Shown here: positions 12,604 through 26,394 of the stretch, piece after piece
Layout: each line of letters begins with the position of its first letter
Numbering within the stretch: position 1 is the first letter of the stretch
From: Camelus ferus
Taxonomy: Eukaryota
Direction: 5' to 3'
DNA: 64,000 nt
Assembly (NCBI RefSeq): GCF_009834535.1
Contig: NC_045697.1
Location: 46,192,001 to 46,256,000 of the forward strand
The notes under the pieces: generated by a model
Told to the model about the DNA's origin: nothing
Database searches by the model: none
The model's input: only the letters and a program-made list of their open reading frames with translations
Made by a program: the position numbers and the translations under genes

Positions 12604-14520
12604 GTCCTGATACCACATAGATACACTTGTGACCCATGATAAGTTTACTCTGTTCTGTCACTGATTCTTCAGATTTATGGCCAGTCACAGCTTAAAAAAA
12701 TAATGAAACAATACTAAAACCCCCAATAGACTAACACAAGAGGGTTAATAGGACAAATTACAGACCCCACTTCTCTAGTTCACACTGTGGTTGTAACTGA
12801 ACTTCATTTGTTTTCCTCCTCTATTACACACTAGTGGATTCTCCTCAGCCATGGACAGCACTTCTGTCCACCTAGGTTGCCCACTCAAGTATCCCAAACC
12901 TTCAACCTGGAGGGATCTGGGCCCCTAGTTACTATACCATTGTCCTGCTGTCTTTGCTGAAATTTTCCACTTTTCCCATTTGTGGTCACCATTAGGCATA
13001 CAGGTACTAAGAAGTGCTTCAGAGAATTTCCTGAATTCCAGACATTATCCTCCCTATTTGACATCAGCCAGTGTAGTGATTGATAATGGTGATCAGGTAA
13101 TATAGTAACTTTCCTCTGCCCGAAACAGCCAGGTGGCAGCTACAGCTTTAGGTTTATTGGGAAACTTACTGTGTATCCCCACAGAAGGATTCACCTCCAG
13201 GGAATCATGGACTCCAGTTCTGCTGAGTTTTAAGTTGTGGCATGGGAAGCACAAGTTCCCTCACCTGAGTTACTAGGAATAATGGCGTGAGAGGCCAGTC
13301 CTCACACACCGTTACTTCCACCTCTTAGTGGTGGGTGCAGCACCAGGTAATGGCCCTTGTCTTGAGGTATGCAGCCCATCCTGAAGGACAGCACCTAGTA
13401 TTGCAGGGTGTTGTCCCTAGCTGGCAGTTGGCTTCACCTTTAAGAGGTCATACCAGTGCACTCTCAGGCTTGCAGCTTCTGGGGGATGCTGTATACGGTG
13501 GGATAGGCGATCCAGTGGTTCATGTGTTTACCTCTTCCATTATAAAACGTTTGCATTGTATTAGTATTACCTCAGTGTTTGTCTCCAACAAGCCCTGTAA
13601 ATATTTGGGTATTCCACTTTTATCAGTGTAAAATTTCTCATTAAGTGGTTATAGGTCACTCTGGGGAACTGTAAGGGGAATTACTACTGTGGATACGTAC
13701 AGTGTGCAGGCTCCTTCCTCAAGGAGATTACATTCCCCTTTGATCAGTGGCCTCTGGGTCTGAGAACTGGCTGAGATCTTGGAACTGGGTGAAGAATCCT
13801 GACATTGACTTGTGGTGGCTGACACCAACCTGCTCACTTGCTCTTGCTCTTTTCTGGTTATACAGGTGAAGCAGTACCTGTGTTGTCTGTCAGGTTTGCC
13901 TCTTGGGACTCCAGAGTCTGTTAGCTATTGCCGTATGGTCCCTGTGGGCGAGGCCCCTTCCTTGTCATACTGCTTTGCTGCCTATGTCCTTCTTGCTTCA
14001 GGCAGCTGAGTGCTACCACCTGGTCTCTCCTATTTTAGAATTTGTCTCTCCTATTTAAAGTAGGGGACCCAGTGACTTAAAGAGGATATCCACCTCTACT
14101 CAGTGATGCTATTGCCTCCCTTACTGCATTAACAAAAGGAGTATCCTTTGGGCCCTCCTGAGGAACATAGCTGGTGGTCTCTGGTCATACATAACAAATC
14201 TATTGTAATGTGTCCAATTCTCCAAGCCTTTTGACTCCATCATAAATACTTTGTCAAGGCAATTTTATTCCGTTTAATCTAGGCTACTATCATCTCCACA
14301 TTTCAAAGAGCTACCCCAGCAGCATGTTAGGATTGGCTCAAAGCACCTTTGTTCCCAGTGTCCTGAGTCATGAAAGAGTGTGTGTAGATCTAAAATGCTT
14401 TATATCTGCTTTATATCCTATACTCTCAGATCCATTTTGGGGCATATTTTTTTTCTTGGTTCCCATGGTAACAAATGTTTCAGGTTCTGGGAATTTTTTT
14501 TTTTGTAAATAACCTCTTTC
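12604..14520 (-). mobile_element. Decayed ERVL internal region (integrase remnant)
   Basis: Minus strand of about 13488-13440 translates HPPEAASLRVHWYDLLK, resembling the ERVL integrase segment HHPEAAGLIERWNGLLK. No intact ORF. Confidence 0.7.
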
Positions 14521-14589
14521 TTTCCAGCAGAGACAGTACTTCCCTAATTTAGGCTAGACTGAGAGTTGTTCCTGATTATTGTTCCAAAA

Positions 14590-14783
14590 TAGTGGTTCTG
14601 AAAGTGTGGTCTCCGGACCAGAAGCATTAGCATCACCTGGGAATTTTTTAGAAATACAGACTCCCAAGTCCCATCCTAGGCCTGCTGAACCAGAAACTCT
14701 GGGGGCCCTAGCTCAGTGATCTGTGATTTAACAAGTCCTCCAGGTGACGCTGAGAACTCCATGTGAAAGTCTGAGAACCACTC
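14590..14783. mobile_element. MER5A hAT-Charlie MITE
   Basis: Terminal inverted repeats agtggttct...agaaccact. Internal gcatcacctgggaa...ttagaaat. Confidence 0.85.
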
Positions 14784-16619
14784 ATCTAAAAGCCATGAGC
14801 AGAAGTGGGGCAGATCTTGAGGAATGCAGACATCATCTTATGGGTCATGTGCCTTAGGTGAAGACTTCCCATAGTCTCCAGGCAAGGAGAAGCTATCATC
14901 CTCTACCAAGGAGGAGTTGCTTTTGCTACAGAATTTTAGAGGATTTAGTGGTTTAAGAGTTTCCCTACCACTATAATGGGAAGCAGCAAGAGAGGAGGGG
15001 AATAAAAGTGGATATTGACTCACTCAAACAGCAAAGTTTGCCCCAGAAAGCATGTAAAAAACATTACAAACATGCACACTCGTACATGTCTGTAAATGAA
15101 TATATATATTTTGTTCTAGCTTCTGTTCATATAACAATGTACATCTTTTAAAGTGTAGAATGAGGAGTGGGGTGATGGTAAAGGAGACAGAAATTACAGA
15201 AAGTGGTATATCCATTTATATTTAGGAGAAGGGCTGGAGCAGGTGGATGTGCTTCTGCAGTACTACTTGGAAGATATGTTTGCCAAATTCACTGTAAACC
15301 ATATACAAGTAGAAGAAGAATATGCATTAGGATAAGAATAGAGCTAATAAAGAAAAAATGTAAGAATTTTAAATACCAGAAAAAATATAGCTAGTTTTTT
15401 CGTGTTAAGTGTAATAAATTCAAACACTGTTATTTTATGCATGTGTTTAGTCTATTTTTTAAGAAGGCATTAAGAGAGTCTAATATAGTAGATTCTAACA
15501 TAGCAGTATTAAGAAATTCTAATAATAGTAGATTTAAGTCAAGTTTTAGAATAGTTTGAATAAATAAGTTTATAGTCAATGTTCAATGTTTGGAAAAATG
15601 TTGATTTATTAGTTTGTAAATAGTATAGATATTTACAAGAATGTTAATTTTTATTTCTGAAGGACTATTACACCCTGAATATTTTTATTGGATAAATAAA
15701 TCGAACATTAGAAGTATTCTTTTTGATACAATAAAGCTCCTTGGACATTAAAGAATCTATCACTATTGGCTATTAATTTTGAGGGACTTCTAAATTTTTA
15801 AATGCCTATGGACCATTAATGACTCCTTTAGCTTTCTTCCTTCATTATATATGAGAGTGACCTCTAATATCTTTTAAAGTTGCACTTTGATTTCTTAGTA
15901 ACCCAGATTCATATCTAAGATAATTTCTAAATTATGTTTAATAGTCATTATTGGAATTAGATAATAGTAAGTATTGATCAAAAGTCAAAGTTGAGTTTCT
16001 TGGATATTGGGTGTATTATTGAGCTGGTTATTGTTCGGTGACTAACGCCCAATCCTACTGGGGATCCTCTGCAGCATCATGTAAAATACCATAAACTTTT
16101 CTCTCTGAAATACAGGAAGCCAAGACTTATATACAATGGCTGTTTGGTTGAGGGTTTTCCCTGGAAATCCTTACATTTCTGGCTGCCCAGGAACTCCGGT
16201 TCAAATGAAAGAATTCTGAATAACTCATTCTTGAGCTAATAGTGGCCTGTAATTACTTTGTAGTCTCCCATGTTATACTTAAATATGCTTTGCCAAATAA
16301 ATACTCTCTTTTTCTCACAGAAACTAGAAGTAGACAGTGGCAAGGGTTGTAGGAGATTGTGTGAGATTTCAGGTAACGATAGATCCAGGAAGCTTTTCCC
16401 AATCTGTTGGAGGGCGATATTTTGCTTTGTCCCCACTCCTGAAGCCTCATTCCATGCAGAAGGCATGTAATTAGCATGACACTCATACCCTCTTGCCCAT
16501 GCCCTCACTCTTTCGAGAGGGAAGAGTGACTTAGCTGATAGTTGAGTTTGGGAGGACAAACTAGGCAAGAATAGTTTATTCCTCTCAACTCCCATTTCTT
16601 TTGGGATCTAGCTTACAGA

Positions 16620-16672
16620 ACACACACACACAAACACGCACACACACATGAACACACACACACACACACACA
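16620..16672 (+). repeat. Interrupted (CA)n microsatellite
   Basis: CA run with a few interruptions. Confidence 0.9.
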
Positions 16673-17329
16673 ATTTGCTCCTGTGATAAGTTTTACAGGG
16701 ACAGGCCTCTCTCCTCTCAGGGATGCCTGTGATGGTAATTTGTTCCCTGTGATCGAGGAAAGCCCCTGGCCTGTAACCCAGGCTAAGTAATAAAAGTGAT
16801 ATTTTGATTTCTGACTGCTTGACTTCTATCTGTTTTCTCTTAATTAGTCCAAAATGTGGTTATGAGAAGAAGGATATTATCTATTATCCCCACCCCAGCA
16901 TTGTCCTACCTTCAAATCATGGAAATAGTTTGAAGTTTCCTGATAGAATTTTTAATTTGTATACAGTTACTTACAAATGACGACAAATGTAATGACTTCA
17001 TGTCATGAATATAGTTCCTCTTCCACAAATCTTACATCTACAGTTAGATTTGCATTTTTCTGTGAAGTCAGGCATCTATTTCCACATCTCTGTTAGAATT
17101 GTGGTATGCTTTTCGTCATCCTTCTATGATTTTACTTCCTCAGAAAATCCATTCTCTTGGATATTCTTAATGGACAAAAGTTATTTTTTCTTTTATTTGT
17201 TAATAATATTCATGCTGCCCATGGTTAACATTGCTAATTGATACTGTAAGAAATTGCCTTTTTTCAGGTATTAAAATGGACTGTTCAAGAACAAATGTGT
17301 TGATAAATCTGATAGACAGATACTGGGCT

Positions 17330-17810
17330 AATTTGGGTTCCCATAAAGCAGAGACAGAGACAAGGGTGCCACTAGTTTATCTGACTGGGAGTGGGGAGGG
17401 GTTCTGGTTAGAAGTTAGAAAAATGAGGCAGGGATGAAGGGAAGGTTTTCAGAGGGCGTCGGTATTACTGAGTTGGTTTCTGCTTGTGCACCTGGAGCTC
17501 GGTTCTACTGGCTGATCCTCTGAGGAACCATGTAGAAAGCACTGAGAATTGTTCTTCCAGGGGATGGGAGACCAAGAGGCCAGGTCATCTGTCTAGTGAC
17601 TCTCCTCCTCAACTGACTGAGGGTTGTCCTTGGGAGAATTAACTCCACGCAGCTTCTGGGCTGCCCCTTGTGTGAACAGAGTGAAGAAAGGTGATGTGAT
17701 ACAGCAGGGACTTGAAAGGACTGGGGGTACTTGCATCTGACATAGGATCTGTTCACCGCAGCTTCAGCTGACATCCAGGAGGAACTGAAGAGATGTGCCC
17801 AGGGCACTTG
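17330..17810 (-). mobile_element. ERVL-class solo LTR
   Basis: gggttcccataaagcagagacagagacaaggg...tgagggttgtccttggg is similar in layout to the 12.2-kb LTR. Confidence 0.55.
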
Positions 17811-19217
17811 TTCAAATATTACCCAGAAAATATTCAAAAGAGAGAAACCATTTGCCAAATTCATCCCATCAATAAGTACCTTAACTGTTGACCTGACATG
17901 GCTAAGCAAGTGTTTGATTTTTCACAAATTCAAGTTAAGTTGCTCTGAGTTCTTCCAAATTCTAGAGCAGTCAGATATATCTATATCTTTATTTCTGTCT
18001 ATGCATCTGTGTTTCTGTTGATCCAGTCAAGTTTTCCTTTATGTTGCACTGATTTTGAGCTAATGACATGTATTACTGAAGTAATAATTATATATTAGTT
18101 CTTAAATAATGTAATTGACAGTTAATTAAATTGGTCCTTGTAAGGAAATTACTCCTCTTTACGCCTGTATGTGTATCTCTGGTACAAAAGCTGGGATTGT
18201 CTTGTGATTTCAAGTAGTGATTATCCTGTTGTGGTTTACTTTACAAGAGTGACGTTGGGTCCTCATAGGTCACAAAGTGCATTCTCTTTTGAACAGTGCT
18301 ATTGACAGGGAAAGAGGACAGTCAGGGAGAGAACTAAATTTGAAAGCTTAGGTTATTGAGTGGTGGGTGATGAAGAGAACTTCTCTCTAGGAAGCCAGCC
18401 AGAATCTGGATAGGATGAGCAATTTAAGCTCCAGAAAAAAATTCATCATGTATAGTCCAGATTCTCTGGATTCAAATTCTTTCTGTGTATTTTGTTGCTG
18501 CCCTCCTACATTAAATAAAATCTTGTTAAGATGTTGTAGTTCATGTCCATCATGCTCATCAAGTAGAAGGTTTAGTGTTCACAATTGGCCCTTAATGTTA
18601 AGGGCTGGGAGCATCCATATCTTATGACCTGGTGCTAGTTTATGAGTAAGGGAATCTCCAGGAGGGATTTCTAATTCAGGACCAATAGTTTCATGAGTTG
18701 AGAAGTTAAAAATGGAGATGTATAATTAGTACATGAGTTTCTCAAACATCTGTCACAACGTATTGTTTAGTTACTATTGAGAAGGCAGTGAGCATCTCTG
18801 ACAGATTTCATCTTTGTAAAACAAACATTTCTCAATGTTTTTCTTTCTTAAGCAAATCAATGAATTCTCAACTGGGGAAAATAAGCCAATATTAGAAAAA
18901 TTCCTGCTGAAACAACCTGGAAACCCAAGAATTGTTTTTATGATTCACGTTTATGTGTCTAAAATAACTGGACCGCAACCTCAATTGCTTTGGTACAGTT
19001 ACTTTTCAATAACTAGTTAAGAGTAGCCTGGGGTAGAATCAGTCAACTATAATGTGGCTGGCCCTTGGAGTTATTAAAAAACAACTTTAGAATGGTTCTT
19101 CTGACAGCTGTACATAGTCTACTTCTAAGGAAATTATATTTTGCTGGCTACAATCTATTCTCTTCTGTCTAAATATTTTTAAGTATAAACAATAGTAAAA
19201 AAAAAAAAAAATCTGAG

Positions 19218-19420
19218 CCAGGGGTCAGTAAACATTTTTTGAAAAGGTCCAGATAATAAACATTTTAGGCTGTCCGGACCACATGGTCCCTGTTGCAGTT
19301 ATTCAACTCTGCCAGTGTAGCTCAAAGACAGCGCTAGACAATACACAAATAGGTGAAACTGTTTCTTCCAATAAAAACAGAAACCAGGCCTGATTTGACT
19401 TGGTGATCAGCTGACATCTA
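19218..19420 (+). mobile_element. MER58A-like hAT MITE
   Basis: caggggtcagtaaac...ccagataataaacattttaggc...attcaactctgcc. Confidence 0.7.
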
Positions 19421-19599
19421 AAGTAAGGGGGAGGTGATATTAATGAAACATAGTCTATGCAAGTAAAGTCATCACATGAAAGCATATACTTTACAGGAAT
19501 CCTCTTTAGCTGGGCTTGTGTATCCAGCAGGCCTTTACTTTCAAGACCTGTGCTGCTCTTTCCAAGGTTTTGTATTGGAAAGGGTTTGGGATCTGCAGT

Positions 19600-19760
19600 C
19601 AGAGGGCCTGGGCTCAGGTCCTGCTGTTTCACCTGCTACTTGTGTGACCTTGAGCAAGAAGCTTAACCTTCCTAAGTCTTGGTTCTTTGCTTATAAAATG
19701 AGACTGAAATCATGTTTTGCTGTGAGAACTAAATGAGATAATATTACTGAGAAGAATTTT
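19600..19760 (+). mobile_element. MIR SINE
   Basis: tgtgtgaccttgagcaag...cttaacctt...ataaaatgag...tgtgagaactaaatgagataat. Confidence 0.65.
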
Positions 19761-22448
19761 GCAAAAAAAAAAAAAATCACCTATAAATACTTAAATTGAG
19801 AAGTACTGCTTATCCTGGGTTGTTAGTTAACAAGTGCCATTTTCCTCCCTGTGAATATTTTCACAGGCTGATTAGCTTCATGTACTTCCCCTAAATGAGA
19901 AGGACGTTCATCCAAGGAGAATGTGGCAATATAATTTACCTCAGTATTAGGGTTCAGTTATGCATTCATCATAAGATTTTAAGAAATGTGCATTTACAGA
20001 GAAAAAGAAACCCTAGAATTTGTAAAAAAAAAAAAAATAAGAAAAGTTGCAGTAGGTGATACAAATAATTATTCAAACTTAGGAAGAAAAGATACTAGAA
20101 GGCAAGAAATTAGAGAAAATAAAATAAGTAGAAGGTGAAAGATATCTCGAGGGGAAAAATCAAGATAGGGCCAATAATGGTAGTTTAGGGGGGAAGTATT
20201 AAAAAGGCAAAATTAATAAAAGTAGGTCTAGTTTAAGGTGAAGATCAGAGTCTGCAGGCAAAGCACTGAATAGGGAGTTTGCAGCTCTGGGTTTATCTGT
20301 CTTCGTTACCAGTGTGACCACTTTGCCTTCTATACTTTGTTTTAGTTATTACACTTGAGACCTTCCTATTTCTATCTGTATTTACTGACAGGCATCCGAA
20401 AATAAAGGCCAGGGAAGCATTTCAAGTAATAGCCCATAGTTCTATTGGTTCTGCATTTCTAATCAGAGAAAGCTTCCTTAAGAAAAATGACGCCCATGTG
20501 CCCTGACTACAAAATGAGTTAAGATAAATGAAGATTAAATAACAGACTTGTTAATCAGGATTTGGGGTAGACTTAAATTTTCACAGTCCATTTTCTCGCT
20601 CTCACTTTCTCGCACTCTCGAGCCTGTATTCCTGCTTACACATTCTCACAACACACATCCACACCCACGCACGCCTGTCATACTTTGTCTACCCAGATGG
20701 ATGAAATGGACTGAAGTTGGGTGCACCAATGTGTCTTTTATAATCAGTATTCACTGTCTCAGAGTCAGACAAATGAGGAGAAAATAAAACACATTCTTTT
20801 TTTTTTTTTTTTTTTGAAAGCATAGAGAAATGACATTCCTATTTTTCCTCTTGGTATGGCTCAAACTAACCTATCTAGGTACCACGTTTATATTAAGTGG
20901 ATATTCAGTTCTGCCATCTGGCAAACAGAAGGTTAAAAGTAAGACTGTTTAAGGAGAAACAAACAATTCAAGAGGGTTTTCTTTTCATCTCAAAAAAGAA
21001 GTATTTGAAAAACATCTCCTCATGTTTCAGTCATTGGATTATATGTGGTCTTGGCCATACTAGCAAAAATATGAAAACACACTGAAGAATTGTATCCTTT
21101 GTTAACATGGAGTTGTAGTGGATTTGGAAGTTTGGGCTTAATGGGAAAGAAAGAACAATTAGATACTGGGAACAAGAAAAATGGGAGTGATTTGATGTGT
21201 GAGAGAAAGGAATTCGTTGCTTCAAGGAGAAGTACTTTGAAAATTCCATGAAACACTATCTAGGGTTCCCAAAGATGAAAATCCTCTCAGGGAAAAAAAA
21301 ATTAAGGTCAAAGTATTAATAACATTTTCACATTTTTTCCTGAGTTTAAGAATGGAGAATGTATTTCAGATACTTCCTAAATATCTAGGGGGAAGGATAC
21401 ACGTTCTGGTGGTAATACCATCTCTCTCTGCTTCATTTTCAGCAATTTCGGTATTATTCTGAAATGAAAAGCCAAATTTGATAGGGCTTTCCTTCAGGCC
21501 CCAAATCTGCCATTTTAATAAGATCATTTTGTATTCTTCTTTTACAGAACTTCTTCATTTTCCTGATTGCAAACTTACTTAAGCCCCTTTCAGTAAAAGG
21601 AAAAGGATTCCTAGGACTATGCTTTCAGTATATGTTCTCCCAAAAGGATTGAAAGAGTCCATCTAAACTCTTTTGTTTTTAATCCATTTAATAGAGAAAG
21701 CAAGGAGGCATAAGGGTTGCGGGTTTCACCCAGTACTCTCCTCACGCCGGGTCAGTTATGGCTGCTACCACCAAATAGAATTAGATAGTACATGTATATG
21801 CTCTGAGTTTTAAATTTTATTTTTATAGTAAATAAAATAAAATTTATACAATATTTTTACAAACTTCTTATCTCTATCACCCCAAATCACTCCTGGGGCA
21901 GTATCAGGTTTACAACCATAACAAGACCATTATTTCAGTCAGTAACTGGAAGTGTGAAGACATGAAGGGAGGATCTGAATTGGGTTGAAATTTCTTATCT
22001 CTAGATTGCTTTGTAGGTAATTATAGATACCTGAAGTAATAAAAAAAATGCACTTAAGTAAGCTTTGCAGAGCAGCTTGTCAGAGTCTGCTTGCTCAAGA
22101 ATACCCTGTTTTTGCTCTTTTTTTTAATGCATTACAGAAGAAACACTCCACTGTGGTAACATACGATGAACGTGACACTGATTTGGAATGTAAATATATG
22201 CAGGGTGTTTTAAAGCGACAGCATTTCGTATGTAAAAATACTTCAAATATATATACTATATTTTAAATGCAATTGACAGAGAATAAAACAAGGACAATCA
22301 TTATATCCTAATTTTTAAAGTGTGTATTGGAAGAGGTATTCACTCAAGGATGTCATTTTTTACTTTGTAAGAAAAGAGTAAATATCTTACTCAGTTATTT
22401 TTTAGTACTTGGCTATGAAGTGGAGCAGGTTGAAAAATTAGCTTTTTG

Positions 22449-22527
22449 TTAGGTTGAATCATACAAAAATCCTGATATTCAAAAGATTTTTAACCTACAC
22501 AGGGTAATTTTACATAGTTCAACCTAA
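22449..22527. mobile_element. MADE2-like mariner MITE
   Basis: 79-bp element with perfect outer inverted ends TTAGGTTGAA / TTCAACCTAA. Confidence 0.75.
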
Positions 22528-22814
22528 AATATAGGGCTTCCTCAAAGGAAAAATATCTCTCCAAAAAAGGGATACTTTTTAAAACAGCAGCTCTTTCGTG
22601 TTTGTTATATTTTGAATAACTAAGTTAAATTTTATACTACTAGTAATTTATCAGGTAAATATTTGTTCATACAATTTCCTAGTGCTATTTTCTGGAAATT
22701 GGATGGAAACAGAGTTCACATGAATTTAAGGCTCTATTGTAAACTAATGTCCCTCACATTTTTAAAGTCTTGAATAAGAGCCATTGGTTTGTCAGGACAG
22801 TTTGATAAATTTTG

Positions 22815-23325
22815 TTACATTTTCATACCTGTGTATCTACCACAACCGTCAAAATGTAAAACATTTTCTTCACCCCACCTTATTCTCCTGTACAGGCAAT
22901 GCACCTGCCCTGCTAAGCAGCCACTGATATGATTTCTATCACTATAGATTAATTTTCCTTTTATAGAACTTATAAAAGTAGAATTATATAGTCTGTACAT
23001 TTTGCTCCTGGCTTCAGCCAGAATATAATGTTTAAAGATTCATGCATGTTGTTGTATCGGCAGTTTATTTCTATTTATTGCCATGTTGTGCTCCATTGTA
23101 TGAATACATCATGATTTTGTCTATCCATTCACCTGTTGAGGGATATATGGGCTGCCATCAGTTTTTGGGTGTTATGAATAAAGATGCATACTGGTGTATA
23201 AGACTCTATGTTTTCATTACTCTTGGGCCAGTACCTAGGAATAGAATTGCTGGATCATATAGTAAATATATGTTTAGCTTTATATTAATTGTCAAATTGT
23301 TTTTCAAAGTGGTAATACTTTGATT
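22815..23325 (-). mobile_element. Old LINE-1 3' region
   Basis: tccattcacctgttgagggatatatgggc...ggaatagaattgctggatcatatagtaa is typical antisense L1 3' sequence. Confidence 0.75.
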
Positions 23326-23344
23326 TTTTTTGTTTCATAGCCTT

Positions 23345-23771
23345 TGTATTAATTTTCTTGTTGCTGCTGTAACAAATTACCATAAATTTAATGATTTAAA
23401 GCAACACATATTTATTATCTTACAGTCTTTGGGTCTTCCGAGTAAAGTCAAGGTGTTGGTAGGGCTGATTCCCTGTGGAAGCTCTGAGGAGAGAATCCAT
23501 TTCCTTGCCTTTTCCAGCTTCTGATGGTTGCCTACATGCCCTGGCTCATGAGCACTGTCTTGCTTCTGCCTTTACTTCTCCTACTGTCTCTTTGATCTCC
23601 TGCCTCCTTCATATGAAGGGCTCCAGATTTACCTGGATAATCCATGATGATCTCTCATCTCGAGATCCTTAATTTAATCATTTGTATAAAGTCCCTTTTG
23701 ACGTGTAACAGCCACAGATTCTGGGAATTAGGACCTAGACATCTTGATAGGCCATTATTCAGCCAAAAACA
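23345..23771 (-). mobile_element. MLT1 (C/D-like) solo LTR
   Basis: tgtattaattttcttgttgctgctgtaacaaattaccataaa...gagaatccatttccttgccttttccagcttct...gccattattcagcc. Confidence 0.8.
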
Positions 23772-26099
23772 CCCTCTAACCTTCCAATCAAGTAATTTCA
23801 GCTAAACTTACTCATTTACCCAAAACTTTAAGGTGCACGCACACATTCTTTACATACCTTCCTTAAACTCAATGACTACTAGTAATTGGTGGGTACCATT
23901 TGCCAAATACGGTAGCACTGAGTTGGCAAAAATGTAGGATGATGTAGGATCAGGATGTTTCTTTGTCACTTAAAGGAGATGAAATTCTAATCACCTGTTG
24001 GGAAGAAGACCATCTGAGAGGGACCTGCTGGAGCTTTAGTGGGACCAGAAAAGGCCCAGCTTACTTCCATCCTTTGGAGTCTAAACCTCAGAGGGAGGGT
24101 AAAAGAAAGTTCGGTCAAGTGTGTGGGAATCTCAGAGCAGTCGGGACCATGGGGCTGCTCCTCAGGGTGCAGTCTCCAAACTGCAAAGTACGGAGACTCT
24201 CACAATCCAACGTCATGCATGAGTGATAGATTGACCCTGATGAAAATGTCTGATTGATAAGTCCAAGGACAGCCTCTCAGAGCCCCATGCACCCTAGTGG
24301 GGAGGCAAGAGCTAAATGTAAACCAGTAGTCCCAAAGGGGAATAGGGGTTTATTTACTGATGACTCGAGACTATGACAGGAAAGACTTGGCTTCTAAGTT
24401 AGGTCAGGCATCAAGTGAGAAAGCAGGACTCAAAGGCAGAATGAAGAAAGCACTCAGCACTGGCTAGTGAGGATGGAGGATGGCATACTTCACAGGCATT
24501 CCTGGCCTGACCCTGGAGACACACTATGAGCCTCGTGGAACTTACCTGGGAGGTAAGTTACCTGGGAGGAGAGGGAAAGGGGGAAAAGCATGACATTACA
24601 GATTTTTAAACCAAAAGAGATAAAGACATATCTGGAAGTGACTGAGCCACCTTGAATTAGGAAGATTAAGTTTTACATTAGAGCAAACTTGAGAGCTAAA
24701 AGAAAATTACCCATAGAAAAATTCAAAAGTACATTTCAGCAAATCTGACTTTGGTTGCCTGAGAGCTTCATGTTCCTTATACAGATAGAAAGTATATAAA
24801 AATACTGTAACAGGGATGATGGAATGACCAGGCTTGATGGAGACTACTTGGCCATAAATATCTGTTCCTCAAGATTCCAGACTCCTTGTTCTCAGCATCG
24901 TCAGGAATGTTAGCCACCGAGATTTTATTAGAGTTTAATCTTAGAGGTTAACCTTCCTTATGATCATTGAGAAGATTCTAAGAGTTAGTATTGTGAAAAG
25001 TTGATGGGAAGTCCTATTCACATGTGAAAGGCCATTGTTTTCAATTTTTAAATGACAAAACCATGATTTGTGGCCAAATCAAGGTCTTTTAACTGCGGTC
25101 TATTTCCTTTTCTATACTATCATCTACATTGTCTTCCATGTCATGAATTCTTCTCTCCTGCCCAAGTACTATAAGATGACAGTATCAGATGATGGTGAGA
25201 AGGAAGGCACTCAGGTTCATCAATCTTCAAGTCACACAAGACCAGGCAATATTAGATGTCTGTCTACTGTTAATAAAAGCTTAAAAATGTGAGTGTCACT
25301 GGGCTATGGGTATTTTCTGAAGTTCATCATTTTGGCAATTTAATGTGAGGTATTTTATAGGGGAGGGGTGAGTAGGAGAAGACACTGATCTAACCCCATT
25401 TCCTGTTGTTTGTAATCCCATTTGTCACTCACCTGCTTGAACTGCTAAAGCCCTTCAGGAGCCTGATTGTAGAAGCCTCCTGTTAAGTGGGAAAAGTCTC
25501 CCCTGCCTCTTAGCAAATCATGGTAAACATGTCAACACATTATGGGATGTGGTAAACTTTTGAATATGTGAACATCTGATGAGGAGATCTTTTTGATGGG
25601 AACTTGTATGTTGGTTCAATAGGCAGGACTAGTTATCTTCTTGTTTACTTTCAGGTATCTGAGACAGTTACACACACATGCTGGGATTTGGGGTCAGCCC
25701 TCTGTGAGGTTAATGGAAACATATTTAACGCATGGGTTTTTGAGTCTTCTCCCACTCCTCCGACTATTTTTAAATGGCAGTCCTGCCTCTGGGATGGTGC
25801 CTAGATATTCTAAAATAGATACACTAAATCCAGTACAAAATGTGGTTAGTTTTTTTTTTTTTTCTGGGTGTTTGCAGCACATTTGTACAAGTTGCGAAAA
25901 GACTTGTTTTGCTGAATTTTCATTAGCACATTCTTAGTGAGATAGTAACATTCAATATCACTGACAAATATATTGGGCATCTCTAGTAAGAGTTTTTCTA
26001 ATTATTGGATTTGTAGATATTCAGGTGTTGGCAGAAATTCTAAATACTGATAATTTAAAGACTCCAACTATTACTGTGATGACCCGAATGCTCCAACTA

Positions 26100-26345
26100 G
26101 TAACAACCACAGCTACTTTTTGAGCACTTATATTCCAGGAATTGTTCACAGTGCTTTCCATATGTTACCTTACTAATCACAACAACCCTTTGAGGTAGGT
26201 ACTGTTATCCTCATTTTGAAGATGAGGAAACGGAGGCATTGAGAGGCTAACCGCATCACTCTAGGTTATATGGCTGGTGAGTGGTAAAGCTGTAATGTGA
26301 ATGGAGTCAGTCAAGCTCCATAACCAGTATTCTTAATCACCATGT
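26100..26345 (-). mobile_element. MIR SINE
   Basis: tcacaacaaccctttgaggtaggtactgttatcctcattttgaagatgaggaaacggaggc is the MIR core. Confidence 0.8.
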
Positions 26346-26394
26346 TAATTACGTCCCACTTTCTTTAGTCTTTACTTTTTAATTTAATTTTTTA

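Noticed and set aside
23960..24730. Purine-rich segment with 72-87-aa ORFs
   Set aside because: No splice or codon evidence. It looks like an ancient LTR-type remnant that I cannot assign with confidence.
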